A DNA stretch of 64,000 nt from an archaeon (GTDB lineage: Archaea; SpSt-1190; DYHY01), in the NCBI GenBank assembly GCA_037442745.1, contig JBBIPP010000003.1, positions 30,568-94,567 of the forward strand, given 5' to 3'. Below are positions 63,722-64,000 of the stretch, piece after piece. How positions within the stretch are numbered: position 1 is the stretch's first letter; each line of letters opens with the position of its first letter. The notes beneath the pieces were generated by a model that saw only the letters and a list, made by a program, of their open reading frames with translations, did no database searches and was not told the DNA's origin. The position numbers and the translations under genes are program-made.

Positions 63722-63798
63722 TGGTGGACCCGCTGGGATTTGAACCCAGGTCAAAGGCTCCGCAAGCCCCCATGCTATCCAAGCTATACCACGGGTCC
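63722..63798 (-). tRNA. tRNA, probable tRNA-Arg (anticodon GCG), with genomically encoded 3' CCA
   Basis: Acceptor stem GGACCCG/CGGGUCC. T-arm CUGGG-UUCAAAU-CCCAG. Anticodon arm GGGGC-UUGCGGA-GCCUU. Discriminator A then CCA. D-stem is weak (one mismatch). Confidence 0.7.
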
Positions 63799-63824
63799 GG
63801 TGCTTTGAATAATGAAAAACGCCC

Positions 63825-63840
63825 ATTTATAAGTTTCAGG
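63825..63840 (-). promoter_or_regulatory. archaeal BRE/TATA promoter (GAAAC-TTATAAAT) about 27 nt upstream of the tRNA 5' end
   Basis: Minus-strand CCCCTGAAACTTATAAATGGG, with spacing to the mature 5' end at 63798 typical of archaeal promoters. Confidence 0.55.
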
Positions 63841-63857
63841 GGAACGAGGAATTTTCA

Positions 63858-64000
63858 ATGGTTTCTCCCCAAATTCTCTTCGGAATCGGAGCAATGCTCC
63901 TCTGGGCATTGGCAGACATTTTAGCAATATTCGCAATCAAGAGTGCCGGAAACAGAAAAGCCTTGATATATTCCCAAGCAGTGTCAGCATCCCTTTCAAT
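63858..64000 (+). CDS. membrane protein, N-terminal fragment (continues beyond window end)
   Basis: ATG at 63858, MVSPQILFGIGAMLLWALADILAIFAIKSAG... (EamA/DMT-like start). Truncated by the window end. Confidence 0.3.
   Translation, partial: MVSPQILFGIGAMLLWALADILAIFAIKSAGNRKALIYSQAVSASLS

Overview
This 64-kb window looks archaeal and euryarchaeal-type. It carries PolD, an Orc1/Cdc6–PolD origin locus, SecDF, archaeal r-proteins, AglB and archease–RtcB, at about 50% GC. Three blocks dominate. The first, at 1-7.5 kb on the minus strand, is the conserved ribosomal-protein operon: S17, then the RNase P protein Rpp29, SUI1, L29, S3, L22, S19, L2, L23, L4 and L3. An alkaline-phosphatase-superfamily membrane enzyme is inserted in it. 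The second, at about 12-40 kb, is a large protein N-glycosylation and surface-glycan island. It holds the AglB/STT3 oligosaccharyltransferase, two ArnT/PMT-like membrane glycosyltransferases, at least seven GT2/GT4 glycosyltransferases, a NodU/CmcH carbamoyltransferase, Wzx-like flippases and nucleotide-sugar enzymes (Gmd, two WecB-like 2-epimerases, an SDR epimerase, three sugar nucleotidyltransferases). One flippase–GT4 cassette is duplicated, with a 261/300-bp near-identical segment at the 5' ends of two GT4 genes and a truncated DegT aminotransferase relic at the junction. The third, at 38.5-47.4 kb, is a replication module: a RecJ/GAN-like DHH nuclease, a candidate oriC with four TTCCA-N2-3-GGAAA ORB-like repeats, Orc1/Cdc6 and the PolD small and large subunits. 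The ORB-like repeats lie inside what the ORF track calls the Cdc6 N-terminus. Downstream are a metal ABC importer (ZnuABC-like, with a His-rich binding protein), deoxyhypusine synthase, an RHH regulator, SecF/SecD, NAC, UspA, TruD, a second small glycosylation cluster (processive GT2, dolichol kinase, thioredoxin-like protein, polytopic membrane protein) and one tRNA with encoded CCA. Also flagged are a GC-rich ORF-poor 0.6-kb stretch at 10.8-11.4 kb (candidate structured RNA), a 1-kb ORF-poor tail-to-tail region after polD with GNAT pseudogene remnants, and an RHH domain fused to a sugar nucleotidyltransferase.
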